Part shown: positions 47,216-56,994 of the stretch, one piece after another | Layout: each line of letters opens with the position of its first letter | Position numbering within the stretch: position 1 is the first letter of the stretch | Source: a virus | Reading direction: 5' to 3' (one strand) | DNA: 64,000 bases | Virus record (IMG/VR): IMGVR_UViG_3300035698_004085 | Span: 111,003-175,002 of that record | Position numbers and translations under genes: made by a program | The notes under the pieces: generated by a model | What the model was told of the DNA's origin: nothing | Databases searched by the model: none | What the model saw: the letters and a program-made list of their open reading frames with translations, nothing else

Positions 47216-47860
47216 ATGGGAGGTTGGATAAATTTGGGCGAGGCGGAACAGAATATAGCCAGATACGTAGCCGATAGAAGATATGCCATTAACCGGAAAA
47301 AGGGGGTGTACGACGGTAAAATAGGTCCACAGTCTAACGAAGCCACAGACATTGAGGGCATTGGGGCAGAGATAGCGTTTTGCAAGTCCATGAACCTGTA
47401 TCCGGATCTGACGCTGGACGGACACCCGCCCGAAGATGCCGTAACTCATGACGGTAGACGGGTTGACATAAAAGCAACCAAGTACAAGTCTGGGCATCTG
47501 TTGGCAGTGGTCGGTAAAAAGAACAAGCCAGCCGATGTGTATGCACTGGTTATAGGTACCTTCCCACGATACAGGATAGCCGGAACCGCAAGGGGGGAAG
47601 ATCTGTTCAAGGACGAGAATATAAAAGACTTCGGGTATGGGAACACATACGCCATGAGGCAGGAGGATTTGGAGGTGGAGCTAGAGCTGAGGGAAAACAC
47701 GATGTACGATCTAGATGACGCCATATCACCGCCAGATGGTCAACTGAACACAACCAAATCCGATTCAGACCAGGACGTAAAGGTTATAGGATATTGGGGA
47801 AAGAATGCTAACCCAGCACTAGTACGAATGAGTGATCAATTATTGAATCATAGTTTGTGA
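47216..47860 (+). CDS. putative PD-(D/E)XK nuclease-like protein
   Basis: GAEIAF..ED..VDIKAT; AAGGAGG + ATG47216; GC-richer codon usage. Confidence 0.6.
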   Translation: MGGWINLGEAEQNIARYVADRRYAINRKKGVYDGKIGPQSNEATDIEGIGAEIAFCKSMNLYPDLTLDGHPPEDAVTHDGRRVDIKATKYKSGHLLAVVGKKNKPADVYALVIGTFPRYRIAGTARGEDLFKDENIKDFGYGNTYAMRQEDLEVELELRENTMYDLDDAISPPDGQLNTTKSDSDQDVKVIGYWGKNANPALVRMSDQLLNHSL

Positions 47861-47877
47861 AAGATAAATAATCTAAA

Positions 47878-48093
47878 ATGAAGTGTAAAATCTGCAATTC
47901 TCCTTACCACGAGTCAACCGGACATATGTTTTCAAAGAATTTTGTCATATGTGGTAGATGCGCCAAGGACTTCTGCCAATGGTATAAGAGGAGAATGGGA
48001 CAGATGCACGCAAGACTCAAGAACAAGCAAACAGGCAATAGAATGACTGAATCATTCGCAGACGCTGCTGCGAAGAGCATCATAGGGGATTAA
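47878..48093 (+). CDS. Zn-finger protein
   Basis: CKIC...CGRC. Confidence 0.6.
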   Translation: MKCKICNSPYHESTGHMFSKNFVICGRCAKDFCQWYKRRMGQMHARLKNKQTGNRMTESFADAAAKSIIGD

Positions 48094-48111
48094 TAAATAA
48101 CATTCTAAACT

Positions 48112-48143
48112 CTTAAGTTCCCCGCTTTCAGCTAATCTATAAT
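48112..48143 (+). promoter_or_regulatory. putative late (N20-class) promoter
   Basis: CTTAAG-N20-TATAAT. Confidence 0.6.
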
Positions 48144-48177
48144 AATAGATAGGACAATTTAGTTAAGGAGACTTCCT

Positions 48178-48384
48178 ATTTTTACCTGCGAAATAAACAT
48201 AGGTCCAGGAAAGCGAATAATGGTTAATCCAGCTCAACACCAATGGGCTTATATTCTGGACAACGATCAACTAGCCGTAATCTTCGGACCACTAACCGCT
48301 GAAGAACAAGTTGAACGCGCTGTAAGGCAAACTATGTTAGAAGACACAAAGGAGAAAATCTATAATGACGGAGAAGAAGAATAA
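48178..48384 (+). CDS. small protein, possible ATT start
   Basis: AAGGAG 7 nt before in-frame ATT; open to TAA48382. Confidence 0.45.
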   Translation: MFTCEINIGPGKRIMVNPAQHQWAYILDNDQLAVIFGPLTAEEQVERAVRQTMLEDTKEKIYNDGEEE

Positions 48385-48550
48385 TACCTTAAAAGAACTA
48401 GAAAGGATAAGAGTCTACGCTGAAGATATTATAGACTACCTTATGCTAGGGAAATGCCAAAGAAACAAAGCACTGTTCTACGCCTCAAAAATTATAGAAG
48501 AAGTCTCTAATCTTCAAGAATCCTTTAATTCCTTTAACGACTCTCAATAA
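48365..48550 (+). CDS. hypothetical protein
   Basis: AAGGAG RBS. Confidence 0.55.
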   Translation: MTEKKNNTLKELERIRVYAEDIIDYLMLGKCQRNKALFYASKIIEEVSNLQESFNSFNDSQ

Positions 48551-49140
48551 AATTCTTAATTATAACTACATGATTTCACTAAGGAATCTTTATAGATCTA
48601 TAATTAGCACTTTGATTAAAAAGATCAATTTAGTATATTAGATAAGAGATTATCAAATAATTAATAATTTTTAACTTAATCCTAGAAAAAAGAAAAGTAT
48701 AATCCAAAAAAGTAATGTTAGTAATAGTCGGGAGTCAAAGACTCCCTGAGTACGAAGTACTCAATTAACCAGTCATTCTAAAAACAAATTTAAAATTTAA
48801 AAACAAATTAACAATCTTTAAAAATTCTTTTAAGCAACAGATCTATCTTTTTCTAAGACAAAATAAATAATAAATGTAAAACAAAGTAAGGTTAATCTTT
48901 TGCTACGCAAAAGCATAGCTCGCTTCGCTCACTATGACTTAATTTTAAAAGTCTTTTTCTTTTGATATATAGGTAAGAGATCTAATATAGGTAATACATA
49001 CTTCAACCATAAAAAGATCTATATATATTTTGATTTCCGCCTATATCGTATTCCAATCTTATTTTAAACTCAAACCTGATTAAATAAATCTAGAGCTTAT
49101 AAGCTATACTTAGAAAAGGCTGAGGCACTTATCGCCATAA
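48551..49140. other. AT-rich intergenic element with GNA-triloop hairpins and AGATC motifs (origin/pac candidate)
   Basis: GGGAGTC-AAA-GACTCCC, TGAGTAC-GAA-GTACTCA, CTTTTGC-TAC-GCAAAAG, GCTTCGC. Confidence 0.45.
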
Positions 49141-49162
49141 ATAGTTAATAAAGGATAAGTCA

Positions 49163-49654
49163 GTGACTGCTACCACTACTAAATCATCTGATGCCATTAA
49201 GCGTTTAGAAACTCGTATTGACGACTTAACGTCTTCTAAAATAAGTAAAGACTTTGCATTATCAGAAATCGATAATCTAAAAGAAAGCATAAAGAGACTA
49301 GACGATGATCTGGATAACGTTCCTCATGATTGTCTTCAAACATCTTCTTTTAAAATTATGAGTAAACGAATAGACGATGCTAACGCTTCAATAACAAACA
49401 ATGATAGCTCTATTAAGAGATTATACATCTGGCAAGCCGGAGTAGGCATCTCTCTCCTCTTATTCTTCCTAACTGTAGGTATAGCTGCTCTAGTCTACGT
49501 AAGCGACATAAGCCATAAGGCAGACACCAACAGAACCGATCTCACAAAGATTGAAAAGAGATTAGACAAAGACGATGAAGCCAGAACATCCAAGCTTGAG
49601 AACCTAGTCACTAACGCTATTTTAAACGCCCAAGCAGACACCTGCAGCCAATAA
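49163..49654 (+). CDS. coiled-coil membrane protein (holin/XhlA-like architecture)
   Basis: Coiled coil + single TM; ATTAAA-N20-TATACT upstream. Confidence 0.55.
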   Translation: MTATTTKSSDAIKRLETRIDDLTSSKISKDFALSEIDNLKESIKRLDDDLDNVPHDCLQTSSFKIMSKRIDDANASITNNDSSIKRLYIWQAGVGISLLLFFLTVGIAALVYVSDISHKADTNRTDLTKIEKRLDKDDEARTSKLENLVTNAILNAQADTCSQ

Positions 49655-49730
49655 AACTATAAATTTCCGTCTTCCTAAAGAACTTATGCTATAATTATGC
49701 ATTAGTTAGTAAGTTATATATAACTGGAAG

Positions 49731-50552
49731 GTGGTAATCTATATGTCAAGCACACAACCGACAATAAGTAATCGATGTAAAGTATGTCAACTAATTAAAG
49801 TGGAACCCTCACTATGGAGAGAAATCCACGATAAAGTACTTAACGAGAAAATCTCCCAAGCAAAAGTATGCGCCTGGGCTAACTCCAGACTAGAAGTTAT
49901 AAACGCAAGCAAAGACGAAGAAGAACAAATAACTCTAGTCTCTCCGCAAAACTTCTCCTATCACTTCACGCATCACATGAGCGACACAATTAGAGCCAAT
50001 CTTCAATTCTCGACAGAAGCAAGAGAAACCCTAGAAGTAGAAGCAGGAACGCACTACACCTCAGAAGAAAAAGCCGTAGCAGATATATTTATCAAAAACT
50101 GGACAATCGAACTAGACGACTACACCCTAATAGCTTCTATGGTCCAAACCCTAGAAACCAACATCTGGGCTTTGGATTCAGAAATCAAAGAAGAACAAGC
50201 CAAAAGCGTTCAAGAAGGCTACAAAAAAAGAATGAACATCCACAGGCTAAACATGTTCAAAGCACATGTTAAAGACCTAATGGAACTCAAGAGCCAACTA
50301 GTAAAGCTCAGGAACTCCTCCAAGGTAGCAGGAACCGCCGTACAAGCAGCTGCACAGTTCTGTACCTCAGCATTCATTGATACAATGATGAAGGCTTCTA
50401 CGGAAGCCCTAGACACATTCAACTCAGCAAGACCCGGAGAAACGCTTCAAGTTGAAGTCATAGGAATGCTTAGACAAAGAATTGGCGAACAAGCGAAGCT
50501 CATCGCGCCAGAAGTTGTCCTGAGAACCCTAAAGGAATACAAGCTAAAATAA
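49731..50552 (+). CDS. probable terminase small subunit / DNA-binding packaging protein
   Basis: RCKVC...HFTHH Zn/HTH-like N-terminus, helical C-terminus, upstream of terL. Confidence 0.55.
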   Translation: MVIYMSSTQPTISNRCKVCQLIKVEPSLWREIHDKVLNEKISQAKVCAWANSRLEVINASKDEEEQITLVSPQNFSYHFTHHMSDTIRANLQFSTEARETLEVEAGTHYTSEEKAVADIFIKNWTIELDDYTLIASMVQTLETNIWALDSEIKEEQAKSVQEGYKKRMNIHRLNMFKAHVKDLMELKSQLVKLRNSSKVAGTAVQAAAQFCTSAFIDTMMKASTEALDTFNSARPGETLQVEVIGMLRQRIGEQAKLIAPEVVLRTLKEYKLK

Positions 50553-50556
50553 TGTT

Positions 50557-50784
50557 ATGAAACACAATCCTCACAAAACATATGATCTAAAAACCTACAA
50601 AGGTTCAAAAGCTCGCGTTGTAATAGACATTCCTCTAGAAGAATATCATCACATATTTCAGGAATTGTCTACAGGCGATGAAGAAGAACCAGAAATCCAT
50701 ATTGGTAATGTCTTCGTTCAAGCACTAAGAGAAGAAGACGGGGAATATTGGATCGACTGTAGTCTGGTGAGACTAGATGGCTAA
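50557..50784 (+). CDS. hypothetical protein
   Basis: ORF in operon. Confidence 0.6.
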   Translation: MKHNPHKTYDLKTYKGSKARVVIDIPLEEYHHIFQELSTGDEEEPEIHIGNVFVQALREEDGEYWIDCSLVRLDG

Positions 50785-51073
50785 GCTACTATTCACTCCC
50801 AAAACCTTCGCGTTAGATCACGTCATTCGTAATGAACAAGGAAGACCATTAGGCAGAATCGTTATGTACGATGACGATGCCTACGTGCCTGGAGAAGATA
50901 TTAAAGTGGCAATTCTCAAAATACCTTTAGTGTTTGAGAAGAGATTAAGAGGTCTTGTCTTCTATATTGATGAATTTGAATATAAAATACCTGAAGACGT
51001 AAGTGACATGAGAATTAATAATAGGAAAGAAGATGCCGTAGCATCTTCTTTCGTTCTTAAGAGAGTTGATTAA
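50777..51073 (+). CDS. hypothetical protein
   Basis: ORF in operon. Confidence 0.6.
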   Translation: MAKLLFTPKTFALDHVIRNEQGRPLGRIVMYDDDAYVPGEDIKVAILKIPLVFEKRLRGLVFYIDEFEYKIPEDVSDMRINNRKEDAVASSFVLKRVD

Positions 51074-51076
51074 AGT

Positions 51077-51358
51077 ATGGAAATTATAAAAAAGAGATGT
51101 AGTAAGTGTAAGATTGAAAAACCTTTAGAAGAGTTTTATCCGAATAGTGAGACAGGAGAGATGATGACTTGGGACAACTATGGTATTCCAGATCCTAATA
51201 ATTATTTGAGTGGTTGGCATATGGATCACATTAAGCCTCTAGATAGTTTTGAGCTATCGGATAGGCAGCAATTTCTTATAGCAGCTAACTATACCAATAT
51301 TCAGCCGTTGTGGGCTTATGATAATTTGAGTAAGGGATCTGAGAGAAATAATGTCTAA
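51077..51358 (+). CDS. miniature HNH endonuclease (internally deleted)
   Basis: CSKCKIEKPLEEFY fused directly to MTWDNYG..WHMDHIKP..NIQPLW..NLSK. Confidence 0.75.
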   Translation: MEIIKKRCSKCKIEKPLEEFYPNSETGEMMTWDNYGIPDPNNYLSGWHMDHIKPLDSFELSDRQQFLIAANYTNIQPLWAYDNLSKGSERNNV

Positions 51359-53495
51359 TAATTTTTTAGATAAAATAAATGATTTAGTGGATAGTAGGCT
51401 TTTGGGTGATAAAGGTACCGAAGAGACGAGGTATCTTAGCAAGATGGCTCCTAATGCCATTGAGTGGGTAATTCGACCTGAATACTGGAATATGGCTTCT
51501 ACTTATCGCTACCCACGTCAATACCAGATTATTAGGGATTTGTTTAACCTAAGATGTGTTAACTGTAACAGCCAAGACTGCGCTGCTATTGATGCGTTTG
51601 ATAAACCAAGATCTTATCTTGAGTCTGAAGTATTATTGGTGTGGAAAGACGAGTTTCAAGATTTTGTTTGTCCTAAGTGTGGTAATGCTCTTTCAGGGTT
51701 TATTGATGAGGGGTTAGTAACAAACTACAATGAAGCGATCATCGTCTCGGGCATGAGGGGTGGAAAGTCCTTTACTTCCGGGCACTTAGGCGGGTATTAC
51801 GAACACGTACTTAGGACGCTCTCAATGAAGGGAAAGGGTTCTGTTCAGAGGTATTTTAATCTAGCTCCTAGTGAGTGGTTAGAATGTACTTTTGCTGCAA
51901 GTACTGCAACCCAAGCAAAAGAAACCGCCTTTTGGAAGTACAGGGAGATGCGAAAGACTAGTCCTTGGATTCAGAAACACGTTGCTTGGGTGCAGAAGAA
52001 AGAAGCGGAGCAACTTAGTACTCAGGAGAATTGGACCTATAAGGTTTTAGAAGATACCATTAATGATGGATGGCTTCAGGTTAGATTTAATAGAGTGTCT
52101 AGTAACTCAGCTGGTATCGCTGGTCGTACTAGAGTACTTGCTATGATCGATGAGTTGTCTAGGCTCTCAACCTCAGAATCAAAGAACTCTGCCCAAGAGC
52201 TTTATCGAGTTCTTAATCAATCTTTGAAAACTGTTAGAGGAGCTGTTAGGAAATATTCGTTGTTTCCTTTTGCAGGAATGATGGGTAATGTTACTTCTCC
52301 TATAGCTTTGGATGATGCAGCAATGTTGATTCTAAATCAAGCTAAAGCCGGGGAGCGTAAGAGAACATATTATTGGCACGGGGCTACTTGGGAGTTTACT
52401 ACTGAGCTTACTCGTGAAGATTTTGATGATGAGTTTGAGAAAGATCCAGTTGGGGCGCTACGTGACTTTGGTGCCCAACCTGCAGCAGCCGAAACTCCAT
52501 TGATTCCAGATACTCTTCGTTTCTGGAAGTCAATTGATTTTGATCGTGAATCTATTTGCGAGTTTGTTCCAACGCATATTACTGATAAAACGAATAAGCA
52601 ATATGTTGGAGCGAGGGTTAATACTGTTGATTACAACTTTTTGGATCAGCATTACATATTTTGCGATGCTGGAGAAACTTGGGATAGTTTCGCAATGTGT
52701 ATTTCGCACCCAGTTATACTAGCTTCCAATACCTTTAAGAATGAAGCAAATTTTGGTGAAAATTATTCATCAATTCCTAAAGGGTCAATGCATGTAAGTG
52801 AGCTGCCAACGAATCCCGATTCTCCCATGGCTCTAGGCATACATAGGTTTGATCAACGGGTTCACCCAGCTGCTGCTTATCGAAACCCAGAAGCTTTAGG
52901 CAGGATGATTACTGTGATTGATGCATGCTACAGGATTATACCTACTAAGGATCGTGACATTCATTATCAATCTATTATAGAGATTATAAAATCTTTACAA
53001 AAGAAGATAAAGGTTGCTGCAGTTTGCTATGATACGTGGAACAGCGTTTCTCAGATCCAAGCTATAAGGGATTTAGGAATTCAATCTTACAAAGTTAGGT
53101 TAAAGAATGAGGATTATATGTCATTTGTTTCTCAGGTTAACAACGATTTAGTTTCTTTGCTTCCACCATTGCCTGAAGACCATTTTAAACTGAGTGATGC
53201 GGGTATATTACAAATAGGTAAGAACGAAGAATTGATGAGTCCTCAGGGAGTTGGCATCCTAGAGCTTTTAAAATTGGAAAGAAGCCCTGACTTAAAAAAG
53301 GTTTTGGCACCTAGTAAGAAGGGTAAGGTAAGAGGCAGAGACAGTGACGATATAGCGCGATGTATTATAGGGGCTAACCATATCGTTAAAGATTCTGTAG
53401 TAAATAATGCTCAAGATTCTGGTAAGAAGAGGGAATTGCGGAAAAAGCAGATTGCTACAGGTATGGGTACCGGCCCATATTTATTCAAGGGCTAG
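51351..53495 (+). CDS. terL: terminase large subunit
   Basis: Walker A SGMRGGKS, Walker B AMIDE, RNase-H-like FCDAGETWDSF, YDTWNS, DSDDIA. Confidence 0.88.
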   Translation: MSNNFLDKINDLVDSRLLGDKGTEETRYLSKMAPNAIEWVIRPEYWNMASTYRYPRQYQIIRDLFNLRCVNCNSQDCAAIDAFDKPRSYLESEVLLVWKDEFQDFVCPKCGNALSGFIDEGLVTNYNEAIIVSGMRGGKSFTSGHLGGYYEHVLRTLSMKGKGSVQRYFNLAPSEWLECTFAASTATQAKETAFWKYREMRKTSPWIQKHVAWVQKKEAEQLSTQENWTYKVLEDTINDGWLQVRFNRVSSNSAGIAGRTRVLAMIDELSRLSTSESKNSAQELYRVLNQSLKTVRGAVRKYSLFPFAGMMGNVTSPIALDDAAMLILNQAKAGERKRTYYWHGATWEFTTELTREDFDDEFEKDPVGALRDFGAQPAAAETPLIPDTLRFWKSIDFDRESICEFVPTHITDKTNKQYVGARVNTVDYNFLDQHYIFCDAGETWDSFAMCISHPVILASNTFKNEANFGENYSSIPKGSMHVSELPTNPDSPMALGIHRFDQRVHPAAAYRNPEALGRMITVIDACYRIIPTKDRDIHYQSIIEIIKSLQKKIKVAAVCYDTWNSVSQIQAIRDLGIQSYKVRLKNEDYMSFVSQVNNDLVSLLPPLPEDHFKLSDAGILQIGKNEELMSPQGVGILELLKLERSPDLKKVLAPSKKGKVRGRDSDDIARCIIGANHIVKDSVVNNAQDSGKKRELRKKQIATGMGTGPYLFKG

Positions 53496-53540
53496 CTTTA
53501 GTCTTCGTAGGATGTTTTAGTTTAGGAGTATCTTTAAAAA

Positions 53541-54539
53541 ATGGTTGAATTAAGAACTAAAGTATGTTGTAACTATGCGTGTGAACTATTAGGTGTTTTT
53601 CAGAGCTTTGATAACTTTTATTCAGACAACTCTGCAGGTGATGGTAAGGAGACGCGGTGTAAGAAATGTAGAAATTTAGCGTCTAATTCTAGGTCTTATG
53701 ACTATGAAGCTAACTATGTGGAAGACTGTTCAAGAGTTAGGTTATGTAATAAGTGTGGAGAAGAGAAGAATGTTGTGTGCGAGTTTGGTAAGAAGAAAGG
53801 TGGTAAGTTTGGAAGAAGAGCTATCTGTAAGGATTGTACGAGAACTGACACCATAGCTTATAAGTCAAATCCTGAGGTAAAAGAGAGGCTGGATGCTCAA
53901 GCAAAAGCTAGGAGTCTTGATCCAGTATTCATAGAGCGGACGGTTCAGTATAGTAAAAAGAGAAATGCGTTACCTGGAGTGAAGCTTCAGAACGCATTAT
54001 GTGGTAAAGCCTACCGAGCTAATAATAAAGATAAGATAAAGCAGAGAAATAGGCTTAGATACCTTTCTAAGAAAGACCACATAAAGGCAGTTCAGGCGGT
54101 GTATCTTCAGAAACTTCAGACTAAACTGAAGTTAAGCTTGAAAGGTAAGGCTCGGAGAGCCACACCAAAAGGTTCCATAGACTCACGTATGTCTTCTAAC
54201 GTTTATCAGTCATTGGCTCATCAAAAAAGCGGTAGGCGTTGGGAGGAGTTGGCTGGCTGGGAGATTGAAGAGGCGCTAGCTCATTGGGAGACAGAGGGAT
54301 TGTTGCTTCCTCATCCGATAACCGGAGAGAAAATGGTTATTGGAAAATCTGAGATAGACCTACATCATATTCAACCTATTGCTTCTTTTAATTATGAAAC
54401 AGCAGAAGATCCAGAGTTTAAACAGTGCTGGGCACTTACTAATCTTCAGCCTCTTTGGCGGGATGACCATACTAGTATAGACCATAATATTTTGATACAT
54501 GTGATAATATCAAGTAAGAAATCCTGTTTAATTCCTTGA
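53541..54539 (+). CDS. HNH homing endonuclease with Zn fingers
   Basis: CKKC, CNKCGEEK, CKDC; DLHHIQPIASF..CWALTNLQPLW. Confidence 0.85.
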   Translation: MVELRTKVCCNYACELLGVFQSFDNFYSDNSAGDGKETRCKKCRNLASNSRSYDYEANYVEDCSRVRLCNKCGEEKNVVCEFGKKKGGKFGRRAICKDCTRTDTIAYKSNPEVKERLDAQAKARSLDPVFIERTVQYSKKRNALPGVKLQNALCGKAYRANNKDKIKQRNRLRYLSKKDHIKAVQAVYLQKLQTKLKLSLKGKARRATPKGSIDSRMSSNVYQSLAHQKSGRRWEELAGWEIEEALAHWETEGLLLPHPITGEKMVIGKSEIDLHHIQPIASFNYETAEDPEFKQCWALTNLQPLWRDDHTSIDHNILIHVIISSKKSCLIP

Positions 54540-54600
54540 CATCTATGGTCGGTTGTAGTATAGTCCTGTTACACAATTTAATAAAGGAGTTTTGAAAAAA

Positions 54601-54876
54601 ATGGAAAATGGTAAAGAATCAACTGTAGGGCTTTGCGAAGATGGTTATGATGATGTTTGTAAGGACTGTAGATGTGCTGAAGAGGATGAGGGGCATGAGT
54701 TTGACGAATACTTGGATCAGACTATCGCTAGGATCACAGATAAGTATGTAAGTATGTGTATCAATAGGCATGAGTCTGACGATGTTACTGATGAGATGAC
54801 TGATGAGTTTATGGAGGACCATGAACCAGCTATTAGCGCAGAAATTAGGATTGTTATGGATATTGTTTTTGGGTAA
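54601..54876 (+). CDS. acidic hypothetical protein
   Basis: AAGGAG RBS; TTGACA-N17-TATAGT upstream. Confidence 0.6.
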   Translation: MENGKESTVGLCEDGYDDVCKDCRCAEEDEGHEFDEYLDQTIARITDKYVSMCINRHESDDVTDEMTDEFMEDHEPAISAEIRIVMDIVFG

Positions 54877-54922
54877 CTAATTCCTTGACACTCTTAAAAT
54901 AGTGTGCTATCTTTATCTTACT

Positions 54923-55672
54923 ATGAAAATACAAATACTTTCAGACCTTCATCTCGAATTCAAACACAAGAAACTTCCTCAAATTTCTGATGAAGCTGAT
55001 GTTTTAATTTTCGCAGGTGACACTTCGTCTTTGCCAGAGCAGTATGGCATTTATTTTGAGTCTTTGCGAAAGAGGACTTCAGCGCCTATTGTAGTTGTGT
55101 TAGGTAATCACGAGTTTTATCATCATATGTTTGAGGATGCTGTTGACTTTTATCGAGAATATGTTGAGGATATTCCAGATCTTTATCTTTTGGATAATGA
55201 GTCTGTTGAGATTGACGGAGTAAAGTTTGTTGGCACAACTTTGTGGACAGATTTCGATAAGGGAAGATGCGAGTTTGAGGCTTTTAGGTATATGAATGAT
55301 TTTGAGTGTATTTTAACTTTGGACGAGGAGAGAAAGCTTTCAACAATATTTCCTAATGACATGGTTAACAAGTTTAACGAGAATGTTAGATTCTTGGAAC
55401 GAGAAGTTGATAGTGGGTCTGTAGTTATATCGCATCATGGTCCGTCGTTTGCCTGTGTTTCTGAAGCTTATAAGGGATCTAGGGTTAACGGAGCTTATTT
55501 TTCTGAGTTGAGTAACTTTATTTTAGAGAGAAATCCTAAATTGTGGGCTTATGGTCATACTCATACTCATAATGTTATTGAAATCGGAGATACTAAAGTT
55601 GTGTGTAACCCTTACGGCTATCCTTCTGAAGAGTATGTGAGCTATGTACAGAATTATATAGTGGAGATTTAA
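54923..55672 (+). CDS. metallophosphoesterase
   Basis: SDLHLE, AGD, LGNHEFY, SHHGP, GHTH, NPYGY. Confidence 0.92.
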   Translation: MKIQILSDLHLEFKHKKLPQISDEADVLIFAGDTSSLPEQYGIYFESLRKRTSAPIVVVLGNHEFYHHMFEDAVDFYREYVEDIPDLYLLDNESVEIDGVKFVGTTLWTDFDKGRCEFEAFRYMNDFECILTLDEERKLSTIFPNDMVNKFNENVRFLEREVDSGSVVISHHGPSFACVSEAYKGSRVNGAYFSELSNFILERNPKLWAYGHTHTHNVIEIGDTKVVCNPYGYPSEEYVSYVQNYIVEI

Positions 55673-55673
55673 T

Positions 55674-55841
55674 ATGGCTAGGAAGAAGAAAGTAACGGTT
55701 GAGAAGATAGAGACTAATTATACAGCTATTGACTTGACTAAAAAGGAGCCAAAGTGTTTGCATAATAAGTGTGAGTACTGTAAGGCGGAGATTTGCGGAG
55801 AAGAGTGGTTTTCAATATGCCAACCTTCAACTAATTTATAA
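55674..55841 (+). CDS. small Cys-rich protein
   Basis: CLHNKCEYC..C. Confidence 0.5.
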   Translation: MARKKKVTVEKIETNYTAIDLTKKEPKCLHNKCEYCKAEICGEEWFSICQPSTNL

Positions 55842-55907
55842 TTCATCTTTAAGGTTCCTACCTAATGTGCTGTATGATTATATCAGATATTTAATGAGAG
55901 GCTAGAT

Positions 55908-56978
55908 ATGATTACGCTACAAGATGCTATAGAAAGAGCCAAACTCGCATCAGATGACGAGGGAATCCTTTCTGCTTACTTATATGACCAATTGCACCAG
56001 TCGCTTAATGACGTGGACAGGCATGCGTTTACGATGGCTCTAGTTGATAACGGTATTCAGACAAAGCGTGGATCTTCTTTAGATTCTGGGCATATTAGAG
56101 AAGTTTTAGGTCTGTCTTCTGAATCAACTGAGAAAGCGGTTGAGCATAGGATTGACATAACTGAAGAATTTGTCAGAGTTGCTCAACAATTTTCTCAATC
56201 TCCTGGTGGAATTTGGATGCCAGAAGATGATGAAGAACCTGCTGAGGCTCCTGTAGAAGAAGCACCTGTAGAAGAAGCACCTAAGCCTGATTGGGGTTAT
56301 CAAACTGAAGAATCGGTTATTGAGAAAGAGTTTGCACCGTCTGACGATGTAGGATCTATTCAGAAGGCTTTAGAAGCTTCTGGAATTTCTGTTGATAAAG
56401 ACGGAATGGTAAGTTATTATAGATCTAGTGTTCCAGGACTTTACAATAAAAAAACCCCTATGAAAGCTATTCCTTTGGATAGTGCGATTGAGAGAGCTGA
56501 GTCAGACCTAAATAGTACCGATAACGAGCAGCAAAGGATAAGTGATTTACAAGACGTTCTAAGTTCTTTAAACTCAGATTTTCAGGATCTAGAAGGTAAT
56601 ATGGAGGATATTGTTTCTAAGTTTGATGATAGTATGGATAACTTAGAGCAGTTTAGGTATAGCGAGAACTCTTCAGATGATGATATTAGGGAGATCGCTA
56701 CAGGGTTGTCTAGTGTGAGAGAATACTTAGGGCAAATAGATCCTGAAGTAGAAGATATGACTTATGGTTTAGAGCAGCACGCAGATACTATTAAAGATCT
56801 TCAAGAAAGACTTGACAATTATTATCAAACGCAGTATACAGGGTATGACGGTAAGACGGAATTGGCAGGTGCTTTATCGAAACTCAAAGAAATGCAGGAA
56901 ACAGACCCTCAAGGTTTCTTGAATGCTATTTCGAATTTGGGTGGAGTAGCTGCCTCTTTATTTTTTGGATGGAAATAA
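55908..56978 (+). CDS. acidic coiled-coil protein, putative internal virion protein
   Basis: Internal ITEEFVRVA|Q motif; TTTAAG-N19-TATGAT upstream. Confidence 0.65.
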   Translation: MITLQDAIERAKLASDDEGILSAYLYDQLHQSLNDVDRHAFTMALVDNGIQTKRGSSLDSGHIREVLGLSSESTEKAVEHRIDITEEFVRVAQQFSQSPGGIWMPEDDEEPAEAPVEEAPVEEAPKPDWGYQTEESVIEKEFAPSDDVGSIQKALEASGISVDKDGMVSYYRSSVPGLYNKKTPMKAIPLDSAIERAESDLNSTDNEQQRISDLQDVLSSLNSDFQDLEGNMEDIVSKFDDSMDNLEQFRYSENSSDDDIREIATGLSSVREYLGQIDPEVEDMTYGLEQHADTIKDLQERLDNYYQTQYTGYDGKTELAGALSKLKEMQETDPQGFLNAISNLGGVAASLFFGWK

Positions 56979-56994
56979 CAAAAGGAGTTAACTA

